From assembly GCA_050115495.1 (NCBI GenBank), contig JASFQK010000013.1, forward strand, positions 64,001 to 128,000: a stretch of DNA of 64,000 nt, in the 5' to 3' direction. Every line of letters starts with the position of its first letter. Within the stretch, counting starts at the first letter, position 1. The stretch is from Phycisphaerae bacterium. Its GTDB lineage: Bacteria; Planctomycetota; Phycisphaerae; UBA1845; Fen-1342. Below the pieces are notes generated by a model. That model did not search any database and had not been told where the DNA came from. It worked only from the letters and a program-made list of their open reading frames with translations. Of this stretch, positions 1-10,143 are shown piece by piece. Made by a program: the position numbers and the translations under genes.

Positions 1-254
1 ATGTTCTCGTGGTGGTCGTGCTGAATGTCGAGCAGCTTGTCACTGAGCTGCCGGGCATGGTGGTTGTAGATGAGCGTGATGGTGCCGACGACCTCCTGGT
101 GCTCGTCGGCCCATTGCTGCTCGACGAGCCGCTCGCGGATCAGGTCGCGGATGTACTCGGAGCGGTTGGTGTAGCGGCTGGCCTTGACCAGCTTCGCCAG
201 TTGCCGCAGCAGCGGCTTTTCCAGCGAGATGCTCAGACGCACGAGATCGGACAT
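1..254 (-). CDS. nikR: Nickel-responsive regulator NikR (3' end runs off the window)
   Basis: Manual translation from ATG at 254: MSDLVRLSISLEKPLL...YTNRSEYIRDLIRERLVEQQW...VVGTITLIYNHHARQLSDKLLDIQHDHH. RHH N-terminus plus the NikR Y-x-H-H metal site. Not in the ORF track. Confidence 0.93.
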   Translation of the reverse strand, partial: MSDLVRLSISLEKPLLRQLAKLVKASRYTNRSEYIRDLIRERLVEQQWADEHQEVVGTITLIYNHHARQLSDKLLDIQHDHHEN

Positions 255-283
255 AGGCGAACCTCAACAAGGGCCACGGGCTG

Positions 284-312
284 CAGGCTAATGCGCTCTG
301 GGCTCCGCTTCA
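284..312 (-). promoter_or_regulatory. Putative sigma70 promoter of nikR
   Basis: Minus strand TTGAAG-17 nt-TAGCCT about 30 nt upstream of the ATG. Confidence 0.4.
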
Positions 313-385
313 ACCGGGTGGCGGGCGTTGGGTCTCCCGCGGGTGGCCAGCCTGGCGTGCGCCCGAGCGGGCGGGCCGCCGCGCG

Positions 386-422
386 AAAGAAGGCCCCGGC
401 GTGGGTTCACGTCGGGGCTTCC
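386..422 (-). terminator. Intrinsic terminator
   Basis: Minus strand GGAAGCCCCGACGTGAACCCACGCCGGGGCCTTCTTT: GC stem followed by a U-rich tail. Confidence 0.6.
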
Positions 423-668
423 GTGCAGACGGCGCCGGTGGAGGGGGGGCGCCGTGATGGAGTGGGAAGGACCAGTGGTTCCTCGGCGGGGCGTTGACGT
501 GCCCGGACGACGGCGGGTGCCGCCTGCCGCGTCGCCGTCAGCATACCGCCGGGAATGGCGTGCCCTGGAGACGCGGACCGGCTGGGAGGGTCCGCGCTCC
601 AGGGCGAGGAGGTACACACGATCGCGACCGCACGCGGGCCCCCGCACCCGCGCGGGCCGATTCACGCA

Positions 669-2270
669 TTACGGCTCAACGAGCAGGCCAACGAACGGCG
701 AGATGTCGAAGTTGTTCACCACACTGTCGCCGTTGCAGTCGCCGTTGAGGATATCGCACTCCGGATACGCCGCCGCGTACTCGGTCGGGTTGGTCACCGC
801 CAGCACGAACGGCGAGATGTCGAAGTTGTTCACCACGCCGTCGCAGTTCATGTCGCCGATGATGTTCGGTTCCAGCCACGTGACCCAGATGCCCTGCGGT
901 TCATAAGCACCGCTGCGAGCCTCGTACACGAGCATCATGCTGTCTTCATTCGCCTCGATCTCGCTCAACTCGGCCAGCGACTGGTCGGAGACGTCCATCT
1001 GTCCGTCCCACTCGCTGCCGGTGTACCACATGGACGTAGTAGAGGCGCCCGGGCCACTCAGCGCCGCCACGGCGTTCGAGTCATTCAGCATGCTCATCCG
1101 CACCGGACTGAGCGGGTCGAACGCCACATCCGGAAACTCCGCCGGCTGCCAGCCACCAGCGATCTTGTACGTGAGCGAGCAGAGTTTCTGCTCGCCGCCG
1201 ATGTAGACCGGCGTCAGCAGGGTGACGTCGCCCGCCGCGTTCACGACCACATCGCCGAAGTACTCCATGCCCGAGGCGCAGTCGAGCTCCAGCAGGTACT
1301 CCGCCGTTAGCCAGACACCGCTACACGTTCGACTTGCGCACAGCCAGGTCGTACCGCTCTCGACCCTCTCCCAGAACACCGTCGCGTCACCGTTGTCGTC
1401 CACGACGCCGCGCAGATGCCCCGGATTCTCGCCGAACACGACCGTACAATCGACTGCCTGTGGCACCGGCAGGCCCGGCTCCCACGCCAGATTGCTCGAA
1501 TCGAAACGATGCGCGTAGAGCCGAAACGCCCCCAGCATCTCGCGCGCCATGTAGAACAGGTACACCGCCGTGCCGGACTCGTTCTGAATGATAGTCGGCA
1601 ATATGCCGACATGTGTGCCAGTGGGAGCCATCGCCTCCGGCGTGCTCCATGCCGCTCCCTGTCCACTTGCCGGACACGTGCAACTGTGCACCTCCTCCAT
1701 TGCCACGTGCGCCTCGACCAGGTTTCCCGCCGAATCCACTCCGATGTTGAGCGACTGGATGTGAACATACCGCGCAGCATCGAGTGCCTCGTAGCCCACG
1801 GTCCATCCCGAACCGGGCACATAATGTGCCGCATTGACGAGGAAGAAGTCCATCTCGTACGTATCATGGCTCAGAAAGAGAAGCGTGATGTGGCCCTGCG
1901 GGTCAATCACCGCCGTGGACGCCAAGCCGATTGGCGCCACGTAGAACTCCATCCAATCGAACGCCGTCACGAAGTCCGCAGCGATGACTTCGGGGTCCTC
2001 CCACGTTCCCTCGCTCGCATCGAATCTCCGTGCAACCTGCTGGTACGTGCTCCCGCCGGGCTCTCCAGTGAATACCCAGGCGTCACCCTCGCTGCCGAAC
2101 AGCGTTGCCCCCAGGAGACTATAGGGCGCCGTCAGTTGTACGGGCTCCGCCCAGTGATGCGTCTCTGCGCCCCCGTTACCCCACGCCAGGCCGGGACACG
2201 CCAGACCGAGCGCGACTCCACACAGTACTGCCAGTATTACCCTGCGATTATGATCTCGTGATGTTCTCAC
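669..2270 (-). CDS. Secreted W-repeat (probable beta-propeller) protein with C-terminal dockerin-like domain
   Basis: Signal peptide; repeated ..R(F/Y)D..G.W..PE motifs; C-terminal [18 protein letters not shown]...[18 protein letters not shown]a-loop pair. Confidence 0.85.
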   Translation of the reverse strand: MRTSRDHNRRVILAVLCGVALGLACPGLAWGNGGAETHHWAEPVQLTAPYSLLGATLFGSEGDAWVFTGEPGGSTYQQVARRFDASEGTWEDPEVIAADFVTAFDWMEFYVAPIGLASTAVIDPQGHITLLFLSHDTYEMDFFLVNAAHYVPGSGWTVGYEALDAARYVHIQSLNIGVDSAGNLVEAHVAMEEVHSCTCPASGQGAAWSTPEAMAPTGTHVGILPTIIQNESGTAVYLFYMAREMLGAFRLYAHRFDSSNLAWEPGLPVPQAVDCTVVFGENPGHLRGVVDDNGDATVFWERVESGTTWLCASRTCSGVWLTAEYLLELDCASGMEYFGDVVVNAAGDVTLLTPVYIGGEQKLCSLTYKIAGGWQPAEFPDVAFDPLSPVRMSMLNDSNAVAALSGPGASTTSMWYTGSEWDGQMDVSDQSLAELSEIEANEDSMMLVYEARSGAYEPQGIWVTWLEPNIIGDMNCDGVVNNFDISPFVLAVTNPTEYAAAYPECDILNGDCNGDSVVNNFDISPFVGLLVEP

Positions 2271-2345
2271 CGAATGCTCCTTTCATTGTGCCAGCCCGCT
2301 ACGCTTCGGCTGGGCTCTGGACCCGCGGCTACTGCGTGCGACTGC

Positions 2346-4034
2346 TCACGGCGTTTCGCGCAGCCATGTCGTACGCACCGGGCTGTAGTCCCAGTCCTCA
2401 TGGTTCTCGTACATCAATACCGCCGTGCCCTGCGCCCCGGCCAGATCCTGGAAGTACACAACGCATTCCTCGGGTAGCGGTAGCAGGTCCGGCGACCAGG
2501 ACGTACCGTCGTATTCCAGAGACACCAGACGCGCGTAGCCGTCTACACTGGTCACTGTCGTTGCCACGGCCTTGTCGCCGTCGTAGAAGCACACGCGGCA
2601 GCGCGTCACGAGGGCCATGCTGTTTCGTACCGGATACTGGGTAGCATCCCAACCGACGCCCGCCCGATAGCGTACGGTGTGCAAGTACTTGTAGTTGTTG
2701 GCGTCGCCCGGAAGTCGATTGTTGACAGTGAACACCGCAATTACGTCGCCCGCGTCGTTGATGTCGATATCTCCCCACACCGTGAGGTCGGGCGAACTTA
2801 TCGTTACTATTCGCGACAACTCTGTGGGGGCTTGCCAGGCTCCGCCTTCCGTACGGCTGCCGCAGACCGTATGACCGTCAGGCAATGCTCGTCGCTTCGC
2901 CCACACGACAGTCGCCTCACCGGCTTCGTCCACAACGGCCAGACACCCTCGCGCGCTGCCGCCGTCGTCCCGAACGCCTATCGATCCCGGCAACATCTGT
3001 GGCGCGGACCACTGTTTCGTGGCGGTGTCATATCGGTTGGCGAACATCGCCCACCACAAATCTGTAGGTTGGCCAAAATACGTCACGAATGAGGCCTCCC
3101 GGCTGACGATCGGCTTGACGTAGAGCAGATAGACCGCGGTGCCGGAACGGTTGCCCACAACATCCACGGCCAACGTCAGCGTGTTTGGGTGCCCACCCAG
3201 TGGTACTGTCGACTCGCTCCACGTACCGGTGCCGGCATCATAGACCGCGCACACCAGGAAAGCATGATCGGGGTCGTTCCAGAGCATGGCGATCACGTTT
3301 CCGTCCTGATCGGCTGCCAGGGATATGCTTTGCCAGAACGCGTCCGTGGAATAGACCAGCACCTCCTCCGACCAGCCTGTTGCCGGTTCGTAGCGCTTGG
3401 CATAGGCGGAGTAGGCGTGTGGATCCTCCTCAATCTTGCGATACATGACCGTTATGTTGTCGTTCCGATCGATCGCAATCCGCCCGATCGGCGCCGCTGA
3501 GGGGTCACCGAACGCGTCGTGCCCTTCAGACTGGCGTGCCCATCCGCCATAGACCGCCCAGGCACGTCGCAAGCCATCGCCGCCGTTGTTGTTCTCGAAG
3601 AAGACACCGTCTCCGTTGAACAGAGTGCTGTCGCCGAAATCCTGATAGTCGTCCCAGTAGACGTCGCCGCGCGTCTTCCGCGTCTCTTTGCTTTCGCCGC
3701 CGGCTCCGTCGCCGAGACCGCCCACCAAGTCTCCCGGGTCGCGGGCCAGCAGTTGGCCCGTTCGGGCGTCAATGAGGTACCCGTTGTCGAGCAGAATCAT
3801 GTGGCCGGCCGTACGCGTGATCGCGGGCGTTTTGTGTTCGGGCGTTCGCAGCTTCCACACGGTGGCCCCGTGCGCGTCCACCGCCGACACCGCGCCCGGC
3901 CCCATCCTGAACGAGAGTCCCGCCACCGCCACATCGCCGGCGTCCCGTGGCGGCTGCTCCGCCGCCGCTCCGGCGACCCAAACGGCCACCGCGAGCAGGG
4001 CGATCACTGCCTGAATAGCGCTTCTACTTCTCAC
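2346..4034 (-). CDS. Secreted W-repeat propeller protein, paralogue without dockerin
   Basis: GTG start with AAGGAGG RBS; signal peptide; shares VVD..GEAT..W, RT.GG.WQAP.E and GD...N.AGD motifs with its neighbour. Confidence 0.85.
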   Translation of the reverse strand: MRSRSAIQAVIALLAVAVWVAGAAAEQPPRDAGDVAVAGLSFRMGPGAVSAVDAHGATVWKLRTPEHKTPAITRTAGHMILLDNGYLIDARTGQLLARDPGDLVGGLGDGAGGESKETRKTRGDVYWDDYQDFGDSTLFNGDGVFFENNNGGDGLRRAWAVYGGWARQSEGHDAFGDPSAAPIGRIAIDRNDNITVMYRKIEEDPHAYSAYAKRYEPATGWSEEVLVYSTDAFWQSISLAADQDGNVIAMLWNDPDHAFLVCAVYDAGTGTWSESTVPLGGHPNTLTLAVDVVGNRSGTAVYLLYVKPIVSREASFVTYFGQPTDLWWAMFANRYDTATKQWSAPQMLPGSIGVRDDGGSARGCLAVVDEAGEATVVWAKRRALPDGHTVCGSRTEGGAWQAPTELSRIVTISSPDLTVWGDIDINDAGDVIAVFTVNNRLPGDANNYKYLHTVRYRAGVGWDATQYPVRNSMALVTRCRVCFYDGDKAVATTVTSVDGYARLVSLEYDGTSWSPDLLPLPEECVVYFQDLAGAQGTAVLMYENHEDWDYSPVRTTWLRETP

Positions 4035-4045
4035 TGCTTTCCTCC

Positions 4046-4228
4046 TTAGCGATGGAGAGGCTCAAGAACACCGCTTGCGACTCCGCAGCCGCCGCGGCTT
4101 CCACAGGGGAGGTCCATCCCGCCGCCCAATCGGCGGCAGGTCTCAACTCGGATGGGGGCCGCCGTCTCGCCGCCAATCCCGCGACGAAACCGGTTACGGC
4201 CGGATGACTTGGTGAACGATAGGAGCAT
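4046..4228 (-). CDS. Putative conserved 60-aa leader/small ORF
   Basis: Ungapped homology with 9470-9667; its stop overlaps the downstream RBS. Confidence 0.45.
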   Translation of the reverse strand: MLLSFTKSSGRNRFRRGIGGETAAPIRVETCRRLGGGMDLPCGSRGGCGVASGVLEPLHR

Positions 4229-4312
4229 TCACTTCGTCCTCAGCTCCCATTCGGCGGCCCAGCTCCACACAGAGCCAGGGTTGCCGCCCCCTCTGATATT
4301 CGTACGATAACG

Positions 4313-4329
4313 GATTCTCCCTGAGAACT
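4313..4329. promoter_or_regulatory. Candidate operator palindrome (copy 1)
   Basis: GATTCTC-CCT-GAGAACT in the divergent promoter region; TATAAT at ~4376. Confidence 0.6.
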
Positions 4330-4395
4330 CAATCCAAAAATCACGAAAGTTCTGGCCTTTTGCCCTTCACCCCCGTATAATCGGCACCGAATACG

Positions 4396-5661
4396 GTGGA
4401 TACTATGGAAACAAGCACCGATACGAAACTTACCGGACCTACGGAACGGTCTGTTGGCCAGCGCATTTCCGCCGTCGGACGAGAGTTGACCACTGCCTTC
4501 GACGCGTTGGTCGCCGCCCTGCCCGGCCGAACACACAAGCCACAGGAACTCGCGCGGCTTCTCCACCTCGACAAGAACGTCACGCATCGGCTCGTGACGG
4601 CGATTCGCAAAGGTGATCCGCTCGCCACCGTGCATGCGATGCCCGGACCGGAACCTCTGCGACGCGTCGCCGCTGCCGCACGCCGCCATGCGGTGCCGGC
4701 CTCCGTCGCCGAGCGGGCCGAGCAGGCCATCGGGGCGTTCGAGGCGGTCATTAATGAGGGGGGCGATCGCGCCGGACTCGACGCCATCATCAGTGCCTGG
4801 CTACCGGACGCTCGCCGCCGATTCGAACGGCTTGCCAAGCAGTCGCTCTATCGTGGCGCTCGCCAGGTCAAAGGGCTCGCCGCCGACGTCAACTTCACCG
4901 CACACCTGATCCATCCGGCGGCAGACGCCGTGTGGTGTGATGCGGTGGACGTTTTCGGATACCTCGGTTTGCAGCGGATTCGCCCCGAGGCGTCGTTTAG
5001 CCTGGGCGTGCTTTGTGGCTCGTCCAACCCTGCCGCCTTGCCACGCACACTCACCGGCGAGACCGTCGAGGATCCGCATCAAACCCTGTGGCCGGAGTAC
5101 TGCTCACGCCCGGCCGTCGAGTTGACCGTCCATCAGATGCCGGCTGCCGCCGATCGCGTCTACGAGCTCAAGTGGAACGACGCCGTCGGCGTGAGTTCCG
5201 CCCGTGACGTCGTCATGCGGGAGTACATTCCGCAGGCGATGCGGGCGTCCCGCAATCCACAGACCGGACTGCGGAAGGCCGCGATCGAGGATTGTGTTAC
5301 GGTCCCCTCGAAAACCCTGATTCTCGATTTGCTGCTGCACAAGGACGTCTTCCCCGCCTGGCAACCGCAGGTCCGGGTCATGGAAACCGGCGCTCGCGGC
5401 CACGCCGATCCCAACGATCCGACGCGTGATTACGACGTCCTGCCACTGCTCGAACGCATCGAGCCACTCGGCCGCGGCGTCGGCCGCTTCCGGGCGGAGG
5501 AGATCCCGCACTACGTGGAGATGCTGGCCGAAGTGTGCGCCATCCGCGGCTGGAACCCCGACGACTTCCGCGGATTTCGAACCAGAATCGAATTCCCCGT
5601 GTTCAGCTCGCTGGTCCAGTTCGTCGTTACTTTGCCGGACCCACCGCCGTCAGCCGGGTAG
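4396..5661 (+). CDS. Uncharacterised ~420-aa protein with N-terminal HTH (putative regulator)
   Basis: PQELARLLHLDKNVTHRL looks like an HTH; long ORF (start may be ATG 4405); close paralogue at 10144. Confidence 0.8.
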   Translation: MDTMETSTDTKLTGPTERSVGQRISAVGRELTTAFDALVAALPGRTHKPQELARLLHLDKNVTHRLVTAIRKGDPLATVHAMPGPEPLRRVAAAARRHAVPASVAERAEQAIGAFEAVINEGGDRAGLDAIISAWLPDARRRFERLAKQSLYRGARQVKGLAADVNFTAHLIHPAADAVWCDAVDVFGYLGLQRIRPEASFSLGVLCGSSNPAALPRTLTGETVEDPHQTLWPEYCSRPAVELTVHQMPAAADRVYELKWNDAVGVSSARDVVMREYIPQAMRASRNPQTGLRKAAIEDCVTVPSKTLILDLLLHKDVFPAWQPQVRVMETGARGHADPNDPTRDYDVLPLLERIEPLGRGVGRFRAEEIPHYVEMLAEVCAIRGWNPDDFRGFRTRIEFPVFSSLVQFVVTLPDPPPSAG

Positions 5662-5955
5662 TCCCATCGCCGATCCTGGGGACTTCCGCGCCGACGTGCT
5701 CCCCCCGCTAGCGTAAGATGCGTGCGCCACGAGCCCACGCCCGTTTCGATGCCGGTCTGGCGTCCCCGCCCCGGCTCCCTGGGGGCGGGGACACAGCTCC
5801 AGCAACCAGACCATTGATCTCGAACATCCCCCCACGAGTCGTGCACCGTGCCCTGGAGACGCGGACCGGCTGGGAAGGCCCGCGCTCCAGGGCGAGGAGG
5901 CACAGAGGATAACGGCTTTGCGCAGGCGCCTCGCCCGCGCAGGCCGATTCACGCA

Positions 5956-7563
5956 CTACGGCTCAACGAGCAGGCCAACGAACGGCGAGATGTCGAAGTT
6001 GTTCAACACGCCGTCGCCGTTACAGTCGCCGTTGAGGATGTCGCATTCCGGATAGGCCGTCGCGTACGCCGCCGGATTCGTCAGCGCCAGCACGAACGGC
6101 GAGATGTCGAAGTTGTTCACCACGCCGTCGCAGTTCATATCGCCGGCGAGGCTCGTTTCCAGCCACCTGACCCAGACGCCCTGATCCTCGAATGCATTGT
6201 CGCGCAATTCGTAGACCATCAGCCGCTGAGTCTCATTACCGCCGAAGACCGTGGTCTGGCTGTACCAGTCTGCGGATGCCACGTCCAGCGGACCCTGCCA
6301 CTGGGCACCGTCGTGCCGGATCGTGCCGAAGACCATGTCGTCGCTGTTCAGGGCCGCGCACAGCGTGCCGTCTTCCAGCACACACAGACGCACCGTGCCG
6401 GACGTATCGAAGGGGATGTCGAGGAGTTCAGGAGACTGCCACCCGGCGCCGGCCTTGTACATCACCGAACACAGCCGGTACACGCCGTCGACGAACGCCG
6501 GTGTCAGCAACGTGACATCGCCGGCGGCGTTGACGACCGCGTCGCCGAATAATTCCATACCGGACGGGCAGTCCATCTCCAGCGGGTATTCAGGCGCCTG
6601 CCACACGCCCCCGTCGGTGCGGTTGGCACACAGCCACGTCGATCCGCCGACCGTCCGCTCCCAGAATACGGTCGCCTCGCCGTCGTCATCTACAACGCCC
6701 CGCAGGTAAGCCTGTTCCTCGCCGACCAGGAACGTGCAACCGGTGGCGCCCGGCACTGCCTCGGCCGCAGACCAGGTCAGCGTGTTCCAGTCGAAGCGGT
6801 GCGCGTAGAGCTGGAACGGTTGAAGCTGACTGTTGATGCTGGCCATGTAGATCAGGTACGTCGCCGTGCGTGCCTGGTTCTGGATGATCTTCGGCGACAC
6901 GGCCAATGCATAGGCGGGTGAGACCACCTGCGACGAGCTCCAACTCGTGCCATGGAAGCTCGCCTGACACGAAGAGCTGTAGACCTCTCCCTCGAAAGAG
7001 TGTACCTCGACCAGGTTGCCGAGGGCGTCTGCTTCGACGCTGATCGACTGCATGGGGACGTACCGGCCCATGGCGATCACGTTCACGTCGCTGTCCCATC
7101 CGATGCCAGGTCGGTAGTTCCGGGCCAGCACCTCCACCAGCCACAGGTCATCATCCCACGACGGATATACCAGTGTGATGTTGCCCTGCGGGTCGATGGC
7201 GCTGGCCGCTCCGTACCCTACCGGCATGAAGTCGGCAGGGGGCACGGCGGGGTCTACGTACTCGTCACTGAGAATTTCCGGATCCTGCCACATCCCCGTC
7301 TGAGCGTCGTATCGAATCACGTAGTCACGGTAGTGCTGGGCCGTTATGGCGCAGGTGCCCGTGAATACCCAGACGTTCCCCTGACTATCGACTTCGACGT
7401 CGTTGAGCCAGTAACTGCCTACCTGCGTCGCCTCGCCCCAGCGATAGGGGCCGGCGAACAGCGAGCTTGCGCAGCACAGCGCCAGCCCGATTCCCCATAC
7501 GTGCAGGCGCAATGTCCTGCGAATGTGCTTTTGTGATACACTCACGTGCATTCTCCTTATCAT
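5956..7563 (-). CDS. Secreted W-repeat propeller protein with C-terminal dockerin-like domain
   Basis: Paralogue of 669-2270 with an almost identical dockerin tail. Confidence 0.85.
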   Translation of the reverse strand: MIRRMHVSVSQKHIRRTLRLHVWGIGLALCCASSLFAGPYRWGEATQVGSYWLNDVEVDSQGNVWVFTGTCAITAQHYRDYVIRYDAQTGMWQDPEILSDEYVDPAVPPADFMPVGYGAASAIDPQGNITLVYPSWDDDLWLVEVLARNYRPGIGWDSDVNVIAMGRYVPMQSISVEADALGNLVEVHSFEGEVYSSSCQASFHGTSWSSSQVVSPAYALAVSPKIIQNQARTATYLIYMASINSQLQPFQLYAHRFDWNTLTWSAAEAVPGATGCTFLVGEEQAYLRGVVDDDGEATVFWERTVGGSTWLCANRTDGGVWQAPEYPLEMDCPSGMELFGDAVVNAAGDVTLLTPAFVDGVYRLCSVMYKAGAGWQSPELLDIPFDTSGTVRLCVLEDGTLCAALNSDDMVFGTIRHDGAQWQGPLDVASADWYSQTTVFGGNETQRLMVYELRDNAFEDQGVWVRWLETSLAGDMNCDGVVNNFDISPFVLALTNPAAYATAYPECDILNGDCNGDGVLNNFDISPFVGLLVEP

Positions 7564-7715
7564 CTCTCGCGTTGATTCCGCGCAGTGTTATGATCCATGT
7601 TACGCTGCGTCACCGTACTGGTGATTCGGTGAGCGACCGCCTCGCCCATGCCCAACGCACGCGTCCCACGACTGGTTCACACCGCGCGCGGGTCGCGTGC
7701 CGACAACAGCGGTTC

Positions 7716-9473
7716 CTATGGCGCATCACGCAGCCACGTGCTCCGTCCCTCCCCCGTTAACCCCGGCTCATAGACCAGCACCGCCGTGCCTTGCGCGCCG
7801 CTCAGTGCCTGCATGTATATCTCGTCGACGCTGGGCAGAGCCAGCGGTGCCGCCGCCCAGGACGTTCCGTCGTACAGCAGGGATGTCAATTGCCAGGTGC
7901 CACCAACGTCCGTCATCGTCGTTGCCACTGCCTTGTCCGCGTCATAGAAACACACCCGCGTGCGCGTCCGCGTGAAGAATGGCTCACCCAGGCTGTAAGG
8001 CAGGTGATACTCAACAGGGCCCCAACCGACTCCGGCACGATAACGCACCGTGTGCGTCCAGGCTCCCCAGGGCTGCCCGTCTACCTCGTTGCCGGAGACG
8101 AAGGCTGCAATGATGTCGCCCGCCGCGTTGACGTCGATATCGCCCCATGGTTCCAGCGATTCGCTGTCGCCATCAACTTTGACCAGCTCCTCAGGCGCCT
8201 GCCAGACGCCTTGATCCGTGCGGCTTGCGCACAGTGTGGCGGCTTCCAGGTTGTAGACTCTCCGCTTCATCCAGAGCATGGTCGCCTCGCCAGCGTCGTC
8301 GACGACGACCAGCTTCTGCCCTAGTGCGCCGCTTTGCGCAGTGGCAGGAATCAGTTGCGGTGCGGACCACGTCCTGGTAGCCAGATCGAGCCGATGGGCA
8401 TAGTAGGCTGCCTGAGGATATGTGATTCGGCGATCGGAGAGATACTTCTGGTAGAGCAGGTACACGGCCATGCCCGAGCGATTACCGACCACCTCCGGGT
8501 TCGACATGAGTCCTGAACGCGCCCCGAACGGAATCGGAAGCTCGGTCCAGGTGCCCGCGGCCGCATCGTAATACATCGAAAGGGCGGACGAGCCCTCCGC
8601 GGTGCCGACGAGTTGAAGCACCAGAACCACGTTCCCATCTGCGTCTGCCGCTGCCGAGGCGATGCTATCTGTGTTTCCGGAAATCGCCGCATTCGCGCAC
8701 ACCACGGTCGGTGTCAACCAACCGGTCCCGGGTTCGTACCGGACGGCGTACATCGTCTGGACGTCGTTTGGCCTGCCTGTCGCGAATACGGTCAGGTTAT
8801 CGGAGGGGTCGAGCGCATAGGTGATGTAGGCAACGTCCACATCCTCAACGCTCAGGATGGGTACGGCGTCACCGAAAGTCTCATGACCCTCGGATCGACG
8901 AGCGAGAATGCCGAGGTGGTCGTTCACGTTGGCGCTGTAGAAGAGCCATGCGTGACGCAATCCCTGAACGCTGTTGTTCTCAAAGGCGACGCCGAAGTGG
9001 GATATCGAGCCAAGTGATTGCAGTGCACTCCAGTGGGCAGCACCACGCTGCTCTGTCGCTCCGTGATCGCCGTTCTCGCCGTGATCCGCGCCGGCGTTGC
9101 CGTGCGACCCGGGAGCGTACTGCTTCGCAGCCAGGATACGCCCACCGAGCACGTCGATGATCTGGCCATTATCCAACTCAATCATTCGGTCGCTCAGACG
9201 GCTCCACGACGGTGTTGTCCGCCCGTACGTAGGCATGCGCCAGGCCGTTGTGCCGTCCGGCCGGACCGCCTTCAAGATGCCCGGCTCGGCAACGAGGCTG
9301 ATCCCCTCCGAGAACCCCTGTTTCTGGGTTGCTGCGGGTGCCGGTGCGGCAGCCCCTCCGATCTGACCGCCCGATGCCGGCCCGTCCTTTGGCGGCGCCG
9401 CGAGCGCCGTCGCCAGCGCGGCCGCTGCCGACACTAGCGCGACCACTGCCCAAATACCAGTACTACTTCTCAC
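7716..9473 (-). CDS. Secreted W-repeat propeller protein
   Basis: Paralogue of 2346-4034; same RBS context AAGGAGGAAAGCAGTG. Confidence 0.85.
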   Translation of the reverse strand: MRSSTGIWAVVALVSAAAALATALAAPPKDGPASGGQIGGAAAPAPAATQKQGFSEGISLVAEPGILKAVRPDGTTAWRMPTYGRTTPSWSRLSDRMIELDNGQIIDVLGGRILAAKQYAPGSHGNAGADHGENGDHGATEQRGAAHWSALQSLGSISHFGVAFENNSVQGLRHAWLFYSANVNDHLGILARRSEGHETFGDAVPILSVEDVDVAYITYALDPSDNLTVFATGRPNDVQTMYAVRYEPGTGWLTPTVVCANAAISGNTDSIASAAADADGNVVLVLQLVGTAEGSSALSMYYDAAAGTWTELPIPFGARSGLMSNPEVVGNRSGMAVYLLYQKYLSDRRITYPQAAYYAHRLDLATRTWSAPQLIPATAQSGALGQKLVVVDDAGEATMLWMKRRVYNLEAATLCASRTDQGVWQAPEELVKVDGDSESLEPWGDIDVNAAGDIIAAFVSGNEVDGQPWGAWTHTVRYRAGVGWGPVEYHLPYSLGEPFFTRTRTRVCFYDADKAVATTMTDVGGTWQLTSLLYDGTSWAAAPLALPSVDEIYMQALSGAQGTAVLVYEPGLTGEGRSTWLRDAP

Positions 9474-9667
9474 TGCTTTCCTCCTTCATATTGGAGAGGC
9501 TCGAGAGCGCCGCTCGCGGCTCCACAGCCGCCACGGCTTTCAGAGGTGGGATTCGCCCCGCGGCCCGATCGGCACCGGGCCTCAATTTGGCAGGGGCCCG
9601 GCGCTTCATCGCCAAGTCGGCGACGAAACCGCTCACGCCCGGACAGCCTAGTGAATGGCAAGTGCAC
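9470..9667 (-). CDS. Putative conserved 65-aa leader/small ORF
   Basis: Homologous to 4046-4228; its stop overlaps the downstream start (GTGA). Confidence 0.45.
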   Translation of the reverse strand: MHLPFTRLSGRERFRRRLGDEAPGPCQIEARCRSGRGANPTSESRGGCGAASGALEPLQYEGGKQ

Positions 9668-9795
9668 CTACTTCGTCCTTCGTTCCCGTGTGGCTGCCCG
9701 GCTTCGCCCAGAGGCCGGCCCCTCGGCGCGGGAGGTCCATGAGCTGCATGGAACCTGCTGGCGCCAGTGCCCATCCTGATATTCGCACGTTAGTG

Positions 9796-9812
9796 AATTC
9801 TCCCTGAGAAAA
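9796..9812. promoter_or_regulatory. Candidate operator palindrome (copy 2a)
   Basis: AATTCTC-CCT-GAGAAAA followed by AATCCGAAAATC. Confidence 0.55.
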
Positions 9813-10050
9813 CAATCCGAAAATCGTAAAAACATGGATTATCGAGACTACGCCTCCAGGCCGTCGGTGTCGAATGAGATTTCTGCCGGGGAAGCAACTC
9901 GGGCACTGGAGTGCCGGGAAACTGCGATCGAGCGTTTAATGGCTTATTTTTCAAGGACGGCGATCCCGGAGAGGCTGTCGCACAAGGATGTCTTCCTCGC
10001 CTAGCAGCCAAGAGGTCGCGTCATGGGGGCAGGTGGGCGTGTCTGTATCA

Positions 10051-10067
10051 GATTCTCACTGAGAATC
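10051..10067. promoter_or_regulatory. Candidate operator palindrome (copy 2b, perfect)
   Basis: GATTCTC-ACT-GAGAATC followed by ATCTAAAAATCAC; TACAAT at ~10114. Confidence 0.65.
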
Positions 10068-10143
10068 GCATCTAAAAATCACCATTCTAAATGGACTCTT
10101 CGAAAATCTACTTTACAATGATGCGGAGAGGAGAGCACAAACA

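Noticed and set aside
9..497. 162-aa plus-strand ORF
   Set aside because: Antisense shadow of nikR
385..545. NiCo or ZTP riboswitch upstream of nikR
   Set aside because: I could not match the consensus elements, and nikR seems to have its own promoter downstream of the terminator
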